Counted from the first letter of the whole stretch, positions 1 through 9,531 are shown. The stretch: DNA of 63,563 bases, filler included, from an uncultured bacterium (GCA_964371695.1; 16 parts of 16 records of this genome joined end to end with filler, not necessarily neighbours in it), one strand, 5' to 3'. Notes: generated by a model not told the origin, from the letters alone. Numbers and translations are program-made.

Positions 1-240
1 CTTCAGGGCTGGTGCAGGTTTGGGGGGCGCGAGCAACGCCTGGGCAAAGGTGGTCTGGTCTTTCAGCGACAGACGGGTGACTTCGGCCTGCTCAATGGCG
101 CGGTGGGCGGCCTCCTGCACCGCGTCCACCACGAAGTCGGTCATGGTGCGGCCCTGGATTTCGGCGGCGCGTTTGAGCAATGCGTGAAGATCGGTGCTGA
201 TGCGGGCTTCGAGACGGGCGTTGGCAGTGGCGGTGGGCAT
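1..240 (-). CDS. DUF1778-family (TacA-like) RHH antitoxin, 3' truncated at the window edge
   Basis: Manual translation from ATG 240 (AAGGAG upstream): MPTATANARLEARISTDLHALLKRAAEIQGRTMTDFVVDAVQEAAHRAIEQAEVTRLSLKDQTTFAQALLAPPKPAPALK, the typical DUF1778 pattern. Not in the ORF track. Confidence 0.9.
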   Translation of the reverse strand, partial: MPTATANARLEARISTDLHALLKRAAEIQGRTMTDFVVDAVQEAAHRAIEQAEVTRLSLKDQTTFAQALLAPPKPAPALK

Positions 241-297
241 GAAATTCTCCTTGCCGAATTGTACGGCAAATTGCCGCACTGCGCAAGGGAGGTGGTG

Positions 298-939
298 TTA
301 CAGCCCCAAGGTCAGGTTGTCGCTGGGCCAGTCGGTCTGGTGGGTGTGGGCGGCCTGATAAGAAGGCCGCTGGCGCAGGCGCTCGCGGTAGCCCCGCAGG
401 TTTTTCATGCTGTCGTGGATTTCCACGCCCACGAAGCTGGTGGGGCCAAGAAAACCCATGTAAAGCAAATCGGCGAGGCTGAAGTCACCGGCCATGAATT
501 CGCGGTTTTCCAGGTAACCATCCAGCGCGGCGTGAAAGCCCCGCGCCTTGGCCTCCAGAAACATGCCCGCCGACACCCCCAGGGCGTGTTGGCGAGACAT
601 TTCAAAGGCCATGGCGATGCGTGCCGCGCCGTCGGTCACGAGCCAGTTCATGGCCTGACGCATCTGGGCGCGGTGCCAGGGGTCTTCGGGCGAAAGGGCT
701 GGCTCTGGGAAAACCTCGTCGAGGTATTCCAGAATCGCCACGGACTCGCAAATGGACTTGTTGTCGTGCAGCAACACGGGAATCTTGCCCATGGGGCTGT
801 AATGAAACAGGGCCTCTTCGCTGGTGGTACCCGGCTCAATTTTCTTGCTGGTGAACGCCAGACCCTTTTCTGTCAGCGCCGCACGCACCGCGCCACAATA
901 GGGAGAGTACAGGTGGTCTAAAAGAACCAGTTCGTTCAT
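298..939 (-). CDS. Glutathione S-transferase family protein
   Basis: SPYC N-terminal motif, SPMGKIPVL, ESVAILEYLDE, and FMAGDFSLADL in the C-terminal domain. Confidence 0.9.
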   Translation of the reverse strand: MNELVLLDHLYSPYCGAVRAALTEKGLAFTSKKIEPGTTSEEALFHYSPMGKIPVLLHDNKSICESVAILEYLDEVFPEPALSPEDPWHRAQMRQAMNWLVTDGAARIAMAFEMSRQHALGVSAGMFLEAKARGFHAALDGYLENREFMAGDFSLADLLYMGFLGPTSFVGVEIHDSMKNLRGYRERLRQRPSYQAAHTHQTDWPSDNLTLGL

Positions 940-1023
940 GGGTGCGCCGGTCAGGATAACTCACTGACCGGGGTGGAATTGTGACGGGTTTCACCCTTTG
1001 GCGTCAACCGGGAAAGAAACACC

Positions 1024-1908
1024 TCAATGCCCATGACCGCTGCATTCGCCTTGGCATTGGAACTCCATCACCGCCGGGGCGTCTTTGGCGGCCCAGTCAA
1101 AATATTTGCCCAGGCGGTCAAACGCCACGCCAAAACCTGCGCCTTCGTCTTTGTGGCCATACCAGATTTCCGGCACCACCACCCGGTCATACTCTTCCAG
1201 GCGGGCCATGACTTCTTCAAAGTTCACGTCGCCTTCGTCAATCTGCACGCCTTCGCCGTCGCCGCCCGTGGCGTCGGCAATGTGTATGTGGGCGGTTTTG
1301 GGGGCGATGATGCTGGTGTATTCCGCTAGGTCCACGCCCGCCTCGTTGCACCACAGCCCGGCGTGGCTGATGTCATAACACAGGTCCATGCCCGTGACCT
1401 CGCTCACCCACAGGCATTCTTCGGCGCGGCACAGGATGTTGCAGTGCCACTGCCCCCCAAAAAACCACGGAAACGGCGGCATGTTTTCGGGCAGCACGTC
1501 AAGGCCCTTCAGGTCCAGCCGCCCCAGGGTGTCCACCAAGTTGTCCAGCATCCAGCGGTTGTCCTTCACGGGTTGCAGCGACATGCCGCCGGGGTGCAGC
1601 ACGATTTTGGGGTTCCCCACAAAGTGAGGTTTCAGGTTGTGGGCGATTTCCACCACGCGGTGCAAAATGTCAATGGACTGGGCGCGGCGCGAGAAATCCT
1701 CGTTGGCCGGGTCAATCATCACGCCGTCCCAATATTCGGGCATGTGCAGGTAAATCTCGTGGTTGAACCGGCCCTCTGGCCGGTAAGGGTTGAGGGTGTC
1801 TTTGTCCGACAGGTGAAACTCCACCAGATCAGGGTCAAATTTTTCCACCACCACCAGATGGTCGTGCCACCGGGCCTTGCAGCCCTTTCGTTTGGGTTTC
1901 ATCGCCAT
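1024..1908 (-). CDS. Xylose-isomerase/AP-endonuclease-2-like TIM-barrel protein associated with NeuB
   Basis: Metal-ligand pattern PENMPP, YDISH, HIHIAD, VPEIW. Start ATG 1908 follows AAGGAG, which overlaps the neuB stop. Confidence 0.8.
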   Translation of the reverse strand: MAMKPKRKGCKARWHDHLVVVEKFDPDLVEFHLSDKDTLNPYRPEGRFNHEIYLHMPEYWDGVMIDPANEDFSRRAQSIDILHRVVEIAHNLKPHFVGNPKIVLHPGGMSLQPVKDNRWMLDNLVDTLGRLDLKGLDVLPENMPPFPWFFGGQWHCNILCRAEECLWVSEVTGMDLCYDISHAGLWCNEAGVDLAEYTSIIAPKTAHIHIADATGGDGEGVQIDEGDVNFEEVMARLEEYDRVVVPEIWYGHKDEGAGFGVAFDRLGKYFDWAAKDAPAVMEFQCQGECSGHGH

Positions 1909-1918
1909 GACATGCTCC

Positions 1919-3007
1919 TTAAGCAAAATCCTTTTCGGTCAAAGGGGTTTCTGCCTTGATATCCCGCGTGCTTTTTTTGCCAATCAGGTCAAAGAATAAC
2001 TGGGGGCTCAGGCCCCTGCCGGGGCTTTTTGCCGCCAGATGATGTTTTTCCACCACCGTGCCGGCGGGCAGGTCCACCAGCGCCACCAGACTCTTGCTGA
2101 GGGTTTCACGCTGCAGATCCTCGCCCCGGCTGTAACGCTTCACCGGCTTGCCCAGGGATTCTTCGATGGTGCGGATGTACTTGATCATTTTTTCCAGGCC
2201 GATGGGCTCCAGGCTGGCAGCGTGGTCGGGGCCGGGCAGGGTGCGGTCCAGCGTGAAATGCCGCTCCACAATGCTGGCCCCCAGGGCCACCGCCGCCGCG
2301 CTCACCGCCACGCCCCGTTCGTGTCCCGACCACCCCACGGGCACGCCGTGACGCTCGCCCAGGCGCACCATGTAATTCAGGTGTATGTCGCGGAAGTTGC
2401 AGGGATAGGTGCTGTTGCAGTGCAGCAGGGCAAACGAAGCTGCCTTTTCTTTGAGAAAAGCCACGGTGCGATCAATTTCTTCTTCGCGGCTCATGCCGGT
2501 GGAAACGATGAGGGGTTTTTGCAGATCGCAGAGGTAATCCAAAAGGGGGAAATTGGTGAGGTCCGCCGAGGCGGTCTTGAAGGCGGGCACACCCAGCAAT
2601 TGCAGAAAATCCACGCTGGGAATGTCCCAGGCGGTGCACAGAAACATCACGCCCAGGCTCTGGGCCTCGGCCTTGAGTTTTTCATAGGCGCCTTCGCCCA
2701 GTTCGCACCGTTTGAGCCAGGGCAGCAGATAGGCAAACGCCTGTCCCTCTACATTGGGGTCTTCCAGCACGTCTTTGCGATACAGACTGGCCAAATCACG
2801 TTTCTGGAACTTCACGGCGTCGGCACCGGCGTGGGCGGCCACCTTCATCATTTCCATGGCCATGCCCAGGTCGCCGTTGTGGTTGATGCCGATCTCGGCG
2901 ATGACAAAACAGGGGTGGCCGGGGCCAATGCGCCGCCCCTGGATTTCGATGCTGGGCGTGGCCTGTGGGGGGGCGCTTGTGTCTGGAATGGGGGTTGTGA
3001 TGGTCAT
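1919..3007 (-). CDS. neuB: N-acetylneuraminate/nonulosonate synthase with C-terminal SAF domain
   Basis: VIAEIGINHNGD, AVKFQ, LIVSTGMS, LLHCNSTYP, ERHFTLDR..GPDH, then SAF-like KSLVA..GLSP. Confidence 0.93.
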   Translation of the reverse strand: MTITTPIPDTSAPPQATPSIEIQGRRIGPGHPCFVIAEIGINHNGDLGMAMEMMKVAAHAGADAVKFQKRDLASLYRKDVLEDPNVEGQAFAYLLPWLKRCELGEGAYEKLKAEAQSLGVMFLCTAWDIPSVDFLQLLGVPAFKTASADLTNFPLLDYLCDLQKPLIVSTGMSREEEIDRTVAFLKEKAASFALLHCNSTYPCNFRDIHLNYMVRLGERHGVPVGWSGHERGVAVSAAAVALGASIVERHFTLDRTLPGPDHAASLEPIGLEKMIKYIRTIEESLGKPVKRYSRGEDLQRETLSKSLVALVDLPAGTVVEKHHLAAKSPGRGLSPQLFFDLIGKKSTRDIKAETPLTEKDFA

Positions 3008-3011
3008 GGGT

Positions 3012-3725
3012 TTATCCGGCGGGCGTGCTCACGGCGCTCAGGCTGCGCAGTGACACATAGCCCTCTTTCAACAGAAACTCGGCCAGGGCAAAATCCACCA
3101 CCGTGTCCACGTCCACGCTGCGGTCGCCCGCCATCACATATCCCACGGTGGCTTCGTTCATCATCATGCCGGTGAGGGCGGGGAACGTGTTCTGGTTGAA
3201 CATGTAAATCGCCCCGTTGGCGCGGTAAAGGCCGGGCATGTCCTGCCGCCGGTAGGCGGAGTTGGGGGCCAGGTGAGACAGCAGGGCGTTTTCGTCGCGC
3301 AGCACGCCCCCCCAGGGGGCGGTTTTAAGCTCGGTGATGCTGATGAGCGTGCCGCTGTTTTTTTCGCGGTAAAGCGCCCAGGCTTCGCGGATGTGAACGG
3401 CGTCGCGCAGGGGGGCCGTGGCATAGAGCAGCACCATGTGTTCGCTGGGGTGGTGCGCCCAGGCGTGCTCCACCACGTCGTTCATGCGGGTGGTGTCGGT
3501 GGCCAGCGTGGTAGGGCGGGGGAGGGGAGTGGCCCCCATTTTTTCGGCCAGTGCCAGAGAATCGTCGTCGTCGCTGGAGACCACCACGTTGGGCGACACG
3601 CCGCTGTTCTGGGCCGCCTCGATGGTGTATTGCAGCATGGGTTTGCCCATGAGGAGGCGCATGTTTTTCCCTGGCAACCCCTGGCTGCCACCACGAACGG
3701 GAATCAGGGCAAGAACCTCCTGCAC
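3012..3725 (-). CDS. neuA: Acylneuraminate (CMP-nonulosonate) cytidylyltransferase
   Basis: ALIPVRGGSQGLPGKN, RRQD, NGAIY and SVDVDT motifs; directly upstream of neuB. Confidence 0.9.
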   Translation of the reverse strand: MQEVLALIPVRGGSQGLPGKNMRLLMGKPMLQYTIEAAQNSGVSPNVVVSSDDDDSLALAEKMGATPLPRPTTLATDTTRMNDVVEHAWAHHPSEHMVLLYATAPLRDAVHIREAWALYREKNSGTLISITELKTAPWGGVLRDENALLSHLAPNSAYRRQDMPGLYRANGAIYMFNQNTFPALTGMMMNEATVGYVMAGDRSVDVDTVVDFALAEFLLKEGYVSLRSLSAVSTPAG

Positions 3726-3839
3726 GTTCCCATCATCGGCCCTGGGGCGGTGGGACTTTAAAAATTGGGGGGTGAATGGCGAAAAAGCGCAAACTTTTGT
3801 TCGATTTCAGGCTATTGGTTCATCTGGGTTAAAAAAAGT

Positions 3840-3905
3840 GGTGGCGCAGGCTTCCAGCCTGCGTTTTTTCATGAAGGCAGGCGGGGACACGCCTGCCCCA
3901 CTACC
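3840..3905. repeat. GTAG/GTGG-type REP doublet
   Basis: GGTGGCGCAGGCTTCCAGCCTGCG ... GCAGGCGGGGACACGCCTGCCCCACTACC; related hairpins at about 37552-37623. Confidence 0.6.
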
Positions 3906-3949
3906 GTTCAGCCCTCTTGACTCAACTCAGTGGGGTGGGCGTCCACGCC

Positions 3950-4049
3950 NNNNNNNNNNNNNNNNNNNNNNNNNNNNNNNNNNNNNNNNNNNNTTAATTA
4001 ATTAANNNNNNNNNNNNNNNNNNNNNNNNNNNNNNNNNNNNNNNNNNNN
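3950..4049. other. Artificial contig spacer (first of 15)
   Basis: N44-TTAATTAATTAA-N44, with stops in all six frames. Core positions near 3994, 8034, 12059, 16083, 20097, 24093, 28080, 32064, 36044, 40018, 43976, 47931, 51877, 55793 and 59706. Confidence 0.98.
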
Positions 4050-4120
4050 TTTCCCTGAAAAACCTCTGTCTGGCGACGCCTTCGGCGTTTTTTTTCTCCC
4101 GGCGGGACGCCGGGGCTACC
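4050..4120 (-). repeat. Partial copy of the GGTAGCCCCGGCGTC MITE/REP family
   Basis: Reverse complement closely matches 24931-25001 (ggtagccccggcgtcc..gccgggag.aaaaaaacgccgaaggcgtc.cca.acag). A further partial copy lies at 56778-56814. Confidence 0.8.
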
Positions 4121-4150
4121 AATATGACCGAACAGCCTTACGGGAGCCAA

Positions 4151-5287
4151 CTACAGCAGGCTGGCGAAATCAAACTCGCCGGGCAGGGCCTCTTTGATGT
4201 AGGTGAGCTGGTGCTCGCGCTGGTCCAGGTCCTGGATGACCTGTTTGTCAATGGCCTGGCCGTTCTGGTCGCTCAGCAGTTTGACCACGGGGCGGAAGGG
4301 TTTGTTCTTGTTGGTGTTCACCACCACGGCTTTTACGCCGTTGCTCAGTTGCACCATGCTGCCCACCGGATAAACGGCAAAGTCCCCCAGAAAACCCCGC
4401 AGCATGTTTTCGTCGAACAGGTGTTTGTGGGCGAAGATGACCTTGACGGCTTCGCTTTCGGGAATCCGCAGGGTGCGGTCGAAGGGTTGGGTGAGGTGAA
4501 TGAATACGTCCGCCAGCGAGAGCGCCCGGCAGATGCGGCTGAGTTCGTCCCCTTTTTTGCCGAGGGGGCCGGAGCCGTCGAGGTATTCGTGGTGAAAGCT
4601 GATGGCTTCCAGCGCTTCGGGCGCGAGGCGCTGGGTCTGTTTGGCCATGGCCACGCTGCGGTCAATGTGGCTGGTGTCGGTGAGGGTGAGTTTTCCCTCC
4701 AGCAGGCGCACGTGGTCAAAGGTGCTTTCGGGCATGCCCGACAGGCCCATGTCGTGCAGCAGGGCGGCCTGGCCGGTGAGTTTGGCTTCTTCATCGGTCA
4801 GGCCCACCGACTTGGAGAGCACCAGGGCGAAAATGGCCACCGACAGGCCGTGGCGCACCACAAAGTGGCTCTCGCGCATGGCGTGGGTGGCCCGCACCAG
4901 CACCTGTTTGTCCAGCGAGAGCACCTCCAGCAACTGGGCGGAAATGTCACCCAGTTCACCAGCGCTGATGACCCCGCCGCCTTTGAGGATTTCCATGCTG
5001 CTGGTGAGGCCGGTGAGCGCTTCGTCCTTGGCGTGGTCCGAGAGCAACCTCAGGCCGTCGTCGGCCAGTTGCTGCAACTGGGTGTGCCGTGTGCCGGGGT
5101 CCAGAAAAACATAAACCTCGTCAATGCCCCAGTCGTGCAGCTTGTTGATGTGGGACTGGTCCAGCAGCAGGCCTTCTTCAAGCAGTGTCTGACCCGTAGA
5201 GCCTGCGATGCCCACGGGCCGCGCCAGCACAAGGCCCGGCAGCAGTTCTTCTACTTTCATTCGTGAGCTTCGGGATGGTTCAGACAT
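4151..5287 (-). CDS. HD-GYP domain protein with a degenerate motif
   Basis: ALLHDMG, HHEYLDGSGPLG, and C-terminal YPVGSMVQLSNG..RPVVKL region. Confidence 0.85.
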   Translation of the reverse strand: MSEPSRSSRMKVEELLPGLVLARPVGIAGSTGQTLLEEGLLLDQSHINKLHDWGIDEVYVFLDPGTRHTQLQQLADDGLRLLSDHAKDEALTGLTSSMEILKGGGVISAGELGDISAQLLEVLSLDKQVLVRATHAMRESHFVVRHGLSVAIFALVLSKSVGLTDEEAKLTGQAALLHDMGLSGMPESTFDHVRLLEGKLTLTDTSHIDRSVAMAKQTQRLAPEALEAISFHHEYLDGSGPLGKKGDELSRICRALSLADVFIHLTQPFDRTLRIPESEAVKVIFAHKHLFDENMLRGFLGDFAVYPVGSMVQLSNGVKAVVVNTNKNKPFRPVVKLLSDQNGQAIDKQVIQDLDQREHQLTYIKEALPGEFDFASLL

Positions 5288-5432
5288 GCGTCAACCCTTC
5301 CGGAGAACCCTGTGCAACTGACAAACTGGCAAAACCCACAGGCCCATACATTAGCGCATGGGGCGTTGCTTTGGAATGGGGGCAAGCAGATTTTCTGCTG
5401 ACATTGCTTGCGCGGAAAGGTATTTTCTGGCC

Positions 5433-6065
5433 ATGCGAAAATTTGTTGGTTGGACAGGGTTTCTGGCGGCGCTGTGGGCGGTGGGCTGTTTTTTTCCGGC
5501 ACAGGCCAAAGAGCTGCTGAGCAGTCAGGTGGAAGTGGAAGTCAGCAATCAGCCCAATCCCATCTGGAGCAAGGAAAAACTGGTGGACGGCAAAGACAGC
5601 CCCACCAGCGGCTGGCTCTGCAATCGCCGCGACGGCTGCTGGCTGGAACTCACCCTGCCAGAGTCCGCCGCCGTGGACGAACTGTGGCTGCGTCAGGCGG
5701 CGTTTCCGCAAACCGGCCCCCACCGCTACGCCAGGGCCAAAGAGGTGCAGGTGTCGTTTGACGGGGCAAAGCCCCTGCGTTTTGAACTGGAAGACCGGGA
5801 GGAGAGTTTTCAGAAACTCACCTTTTCACCGGCCCAGGGCCAGAAGGTGCGTGTGGAGGCCGTGAGTTTTTATGAAGAAGCCACGGTCAAGGAACTGTCC
5901 GGTTTTCAGGAGGTCAAGGTGTTCCGCAGCGAACAGGCCGTGGCGGCGGGGGGCGGCAAAAACAAATCCTCTGGCGGCGGCAGCCTTGAAGAAAAGGAAA
6001 AACACATTCTGGAACTGCTGAATGAACTGATGGCGGAACTGGAAATGTATTTCATGGAGAACTAA
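5433..6065 (+). CDS. Secreted protein with a discoidin/galactose-binding-like domain
   Basis: Signal peptide ending AQA; LVDG..SGW, WLELTL and C-terminal FQEVKVF strand pattern; acidic helical tail. Confidence 0.6.
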   Translation: MRKFVGWTGFLAALWAVGCFFPAQAKELLSSQVEVEVSNQPNPIWSKEKLVDGKDSPTSGWLCNRRDGCWLELTLPESAAVDELWLRQAAFPQTGPHRYARAKEVQVSFDGAKPLRFELEDREESFQKLTFSPAQGQKVRVEAVSFYEEATVKELSGFQEVKVFRSEQAVAAGGGKNKSSGGGSLEEKEKHILELLNELMAELEMYFMEN

Positions 6066-6067
6066 GC

Positions 6068-7108
6068 TTATTCATCACCCAAACCAAAACCGTATTGCTC
6101 AATGTGCGGCAGGTTGGCGGTGGGCATGCGGCTGGCGGCCTCAAAACTGGCGGTGCGGCGGGCCACATAGGTGGCCACCGGCTCGTGGCCAATCAGTCCG
6201 CTGCGTTTTTCCACGCTCACCCAGCAGTCGGCCAGGCCGCTGAAATGGCAGAAACTTTTTTCGCCGTCGGGGTCTTCATAGTCTGCCACCAGCAGGCGAT
6301 CATAGGGACTGGTGAACTTGATTTGCAGCCGCCAGGGCCCCTGGCTGAGTTCCAGTTGATACAACCCCGGCCGGAAGGTGCAGCGGGGCGTGGCGGCCAC
6401 CAACAGGTTGCGAAAGTCAAAATCCACCTCTGGGCACGTGAAGCGCAGTGTGGTGAGCACGGGCAGCGTGAGTGCGCCTTTTTTGACCTGGGCGGACACG
6501 GTTTCCAGCACCACGCCGGGGGCGTTTTCAAAGGCGTTGCAGTGTCCCCAGCCCCAGGCCTCAGCGTGCTTCACGCCCCACAGGTGGGTCTGGCAAATGG
6601 GCGCGCCGCTCACGTCCACCCGTTTGCCCTCCCATTCCAGAAAACCGCTGGCGTGACCGTTCACCGTGGGACAGAGCACCTTGGTGCTGATGAACGGCGT
6701 GCCATAAAGCCACTCCGGAAAATGCAGATGCACCCGTTCGTCCGGCGTCCAGTCCAGTCGCCAGCGGGCCTGTTTTTCGCCCCGTGTGAGCTGGCCTTCA
6801 TAACTGCCCTGGGTCAGGCGGATGGTTTCCTTTTCACCTTTCAGTGAAACCTCAAAAGGGTTTTGCAGGGCAGAAAAAGCGTCCATGGGAAAACGTCGGC
6901 ACCATCCGGCGCGGCGGTTCTGGTTGGCGTCAAACACCGAGAACCACTGGGCGGCGTAAGGCTCGCCGTGGGTGGGGTGTTCCAGCGTGGTGCGTATCCA
7001 CCAGCCCAGGCCGTGTTCGGGGCTGTGGCCGGTGACGTACCACACTTCATAGTGGTTGTTCTGGCCGTCGTAGCGGCACAGGTTTCCCAGGGGCAAGGCG
7101 GCGGTCAT
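6068..7108 (-). CDS. Tocopherol-cyclase/CrtC-like beta-rich protein
   Basis: HYEVWY near the N-terminus and QTHLWG.KHAEAWGWGHCNAF motif. Confidence 0.55.
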   Translation of the reverse strand: MTAALPLGNLCRYDGQNNHYEVWYVTGHSPEHGLGWWIRTTLEHPTHGEPYAAQWFSVFDANQNRRAGWCRRFPMDAFSALQNPFEVSLKGEKETIRLTQGSYEGQLTRGEKQARWRLDWTPDERVHLHFPEWLYGTPFISTKVLCPTVNGHASGFLEWEGKRVDVSGAPICQTHLWGVKHAEAWGWGHCNAFENAPGVVLETVSAQVKKGALTLPVLTTLRFTCPEVDFDFRNLLVAATPRCTFRPGLYQLELSQGPWRLQIKFTSPYDRLLVADYEDPDGEKSFCHFSGLADCWVSVEKRSGLIGHEPVATYVARRTASFEAASRMPTANLPHIEQYGFGLGDE

Positions 7109-7219
7109 GTCTGAATTGTAGCCTTCCATCAAACGAAATATTTCCGTTGACGATACAACTCTGCCCTATGAGGGCAATTGGGTTTTGACCCTTTCCTGCG
7201 GATACGACATAATGACGCA

Positions 7220-7989
7220 ATGGATGAGCCTGAAGCTCGTGGCATGTTGCTGGTGGTGGATGACGACCCGGTGTTCCGTGCCATGTTGGTGCATCACCTG
7301 AAAACAAGAGGTTATGAGGTGGCCGAGGCGGAAAACACCCAGGGTGTGTTTCACGCGCTGGATCAACGCGGGCCGGACATCATGGCGGTGCTGCTGGACT
7401 GGCAACTGGGAGATGAAAACGGCATTGAGATTCTCGAAAAACTGAGCTTGGTGTTTCCGTTTGTGCCGGTGGTGATGGTGACCTCGCTGGAAAGCGTGGA
7501 GGCCGCCGTGACCGCCGTGCGCAAGGGGGCCATTGATTTTCTCACCAAGCCCCTGGACCTCACCCGCCTGGACGTGGCGCTGTTGTCGCTGGAGCGCACG
7601 CGGCGCATGAACCTCAAGCTGGCGCAGTTGCAGAACAGGGGCCGGGTGCGGGCGTCGTTTTATTAGCTGGTGGGTGAGAGCCAGACCATGCAGAGCCTTT
7701 ACCGCTTCATAGAAATTGTTGCGGATTCTCCTTGCAGTGTGATGGTGTATGGCGAGAGCGGCAGCGGCAAGGAACTGGTGGCCCAGGCACTGCACCAGGC
7801 TTCCACGCGGGCGGCAGGGCCGTTTGTGGACATCAACTGCGCCGCCATTGCCCGCGAACTGATGGAAAGCGAACTGTTCGGCCACGAAAAAGGAGCCTTC
7901 ACCGGCGCGGATAATCCGCACCGGGGTGTGTTTGAACGGGCGCGGGGGGGCACGCTGTTTCTCGATGAGATCGGTGAAATGGAACTGCG
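7220..7989 (+). CDS. NtrC-family sigma-54-dependent response regulator (REC-AAA+), 3' truncated, in-frame TAG at 7664-7666
   Basis: VVDDD, LLDW and KP receiver motifs; the same frame continues to [29 protein letters not shown] and LFLDEIGE. Confidence 0.9.
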
Positions 7990-8089
7990 NNNNNNNNNNN
8001 NNNNNNNNNNNNNNNNNNNNNNNNNNNNNNNNNTTAATTAATTAANNNNNNNNNNNNNNNNNNNNNNNNNNNNNNNNNNNNNNNNNNNN

Positions 8090-8317
8090 GACCTGGACTA
8101 TGCCCTGGACTCCTCTGCCGACATGGACCTGAATGTGGTGGCGCTGCACGGCGGGCATCTGGTGGAGGTGCAGGGCACCGCCGAAGGCGTGGCGGTGAGC
8201 CGTCAGGATTTCCACCGCCTGCTGGACTTGGCCATGACGGGCCTTGAGCAGGTGGAGCAGGCTCAGAAAAAGTTCATCAAGGCCCACAAGTTGCCAGCAC
8301 CCTTTGAAATTCCCTGA
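8090..8317 (+). CDS. rph: Ribonuclease PH, C-terminal fragment
   Basis: DLDYALDSSADMDLNVV..VEVQGTAEG..LLDLA. Confidence 0.9.
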   Translation, partial: DLDYALDSSADMDLNVVALHGGHLVEVQGTAEGVAVSRQDFHRLLDLAMTGLEQVEQAQKKFIKAHKLPAPFEIP

Positions 8318-8356
8318 ATTGGCCGAACCCGGCCCATCAGCGCCTACACTGCGCCG

Positions 8357-9286
8357 GTGAGTGAAACTGATTTTCCCTGGCCCTGGGTGCCACAGGCCGA
8401 ACGCCACCGGGGCCTGCTGGCCTATCACCTGAACAGCGGCAGCAGCGGCAACTGCACGCTTTACAGCGATGGTCACACCCATGTGTTGATTGATCTGGGC
8501 CTGAGCCTGCGCCAGTTGCGCCTGCGTCTGAAACCCGTGGGGCTTACGCCCGCCGACATTCACGGCCTTTTTCTCACCCACCTGCACGCCGATCACTGCA
8601 CCCCCGCCGTGGCCGACATTCCCTTTCCTGTTTTTCTGCAACCCGCCCAGCAACGGGCACTGCCCCACCCCATGGTGGCCGCGCCCCTGTGCGCGCCAAA
8701 CGACCGCTGGGTCACGGCAGACCCCATGGTCGAAATCGGCACGCTGCGCGTCACCTCGTTTGAAGTGAGCCACGACGCACCGGGTAACACGGTGGGGTTT
8801 CAGATCACCTCCGCCGCCCCCCACGGCCCCACGGTGTTTTATTGCACGGACACAGGTCAGGTCACGCCCGCCATGTCCCAGGCCATGTCGCAAAGCCATT
8901 TCGTGGCGCTGGAAAGCAACCACAGTCCCCGGCTGCTGCTGGGCACGCGCCGCCCGCCCCATCTCATCAGGCGCATTCTCGGCCCCAGGGGACACCTCAG
9001 CAACGCCCAGGCCGCCACCGCACTCAGGGATTGTCTCAAGAACGGTCACCGGCCCGTGGGCCTCATGGCGCTGCACTTAAGCGGCGAGGCCAACCACCCC
9101 CAGGTGGTGGACAACATGCTGCGGGGTCTCACGCGGCAGCACCGTGTTCCGGTCTACACCGCCAGCCGCCGCAGCCCCCACCCGCCTCTTTGGATAACCC
9201 CCCATCGGGTTTTTTGTCAGGAGACAGTGGCGGACTTTCCGCCCCCCGTATTTTCGACACCAGAGCGCGTTGCACTTCCTTTTTAA
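8357..9286 (+). CDS. Metallo-beta-lactamase-fold hydrolase, YycJ/WalJ-like
   Basis: SGSSGN, THLHADH, VSHDA, TDTG, LESNH, GHLSN and HLS motifs. Confidence 0.88.
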   Translation: MSETDFPWPWVPQAERHRGLLAYHLNSGSSGNCTLYSDGHTHVLIDLGLSLRQLRLRLKPVGLTPADIHGLFLTHLHADHCTPAVADIPFPVFLQPAQQRALPHPMVAAPLCAPNDRWVTADPMVEIGTLRVTSFEVSHDAPGNTVGFQITSAAPHGPTVFYCTDTGQVTPAMSQAMSQSHFVALESNHSPRLLLGTRRPPHLIRRILGPRGHLSNAQAATALRDCLKNGHRPVGLMALHLSGEANHPQVVDNMLRGLTRQHRVPVYTASRRSPHPPLWITPHRVFCQETVADFPPPVFSTPERVALPF

Positions 9287-9531
9287 TACCATGCGATAAA
9301 CTCGGTTCATTGGTTTTATTGGCCTTGCCATTCGTCATGAATGCCTGCGGCCCGGCGCGGCGCAGGCAAAGCCCGCTAGCGCCGCGAACACCTCCGGCGC
9401 TTGTCGCGCCTCGGTGTTCGGGGCGAATTCATCCATGAATTCATACCAATTCGCCCCAGACAATTCCTTTTTGGCCCTACGTTTTCCCAAACCTCTTTCC
9501 ACCTGCCTGTCTATGCTGTTTTAATGGCGAA

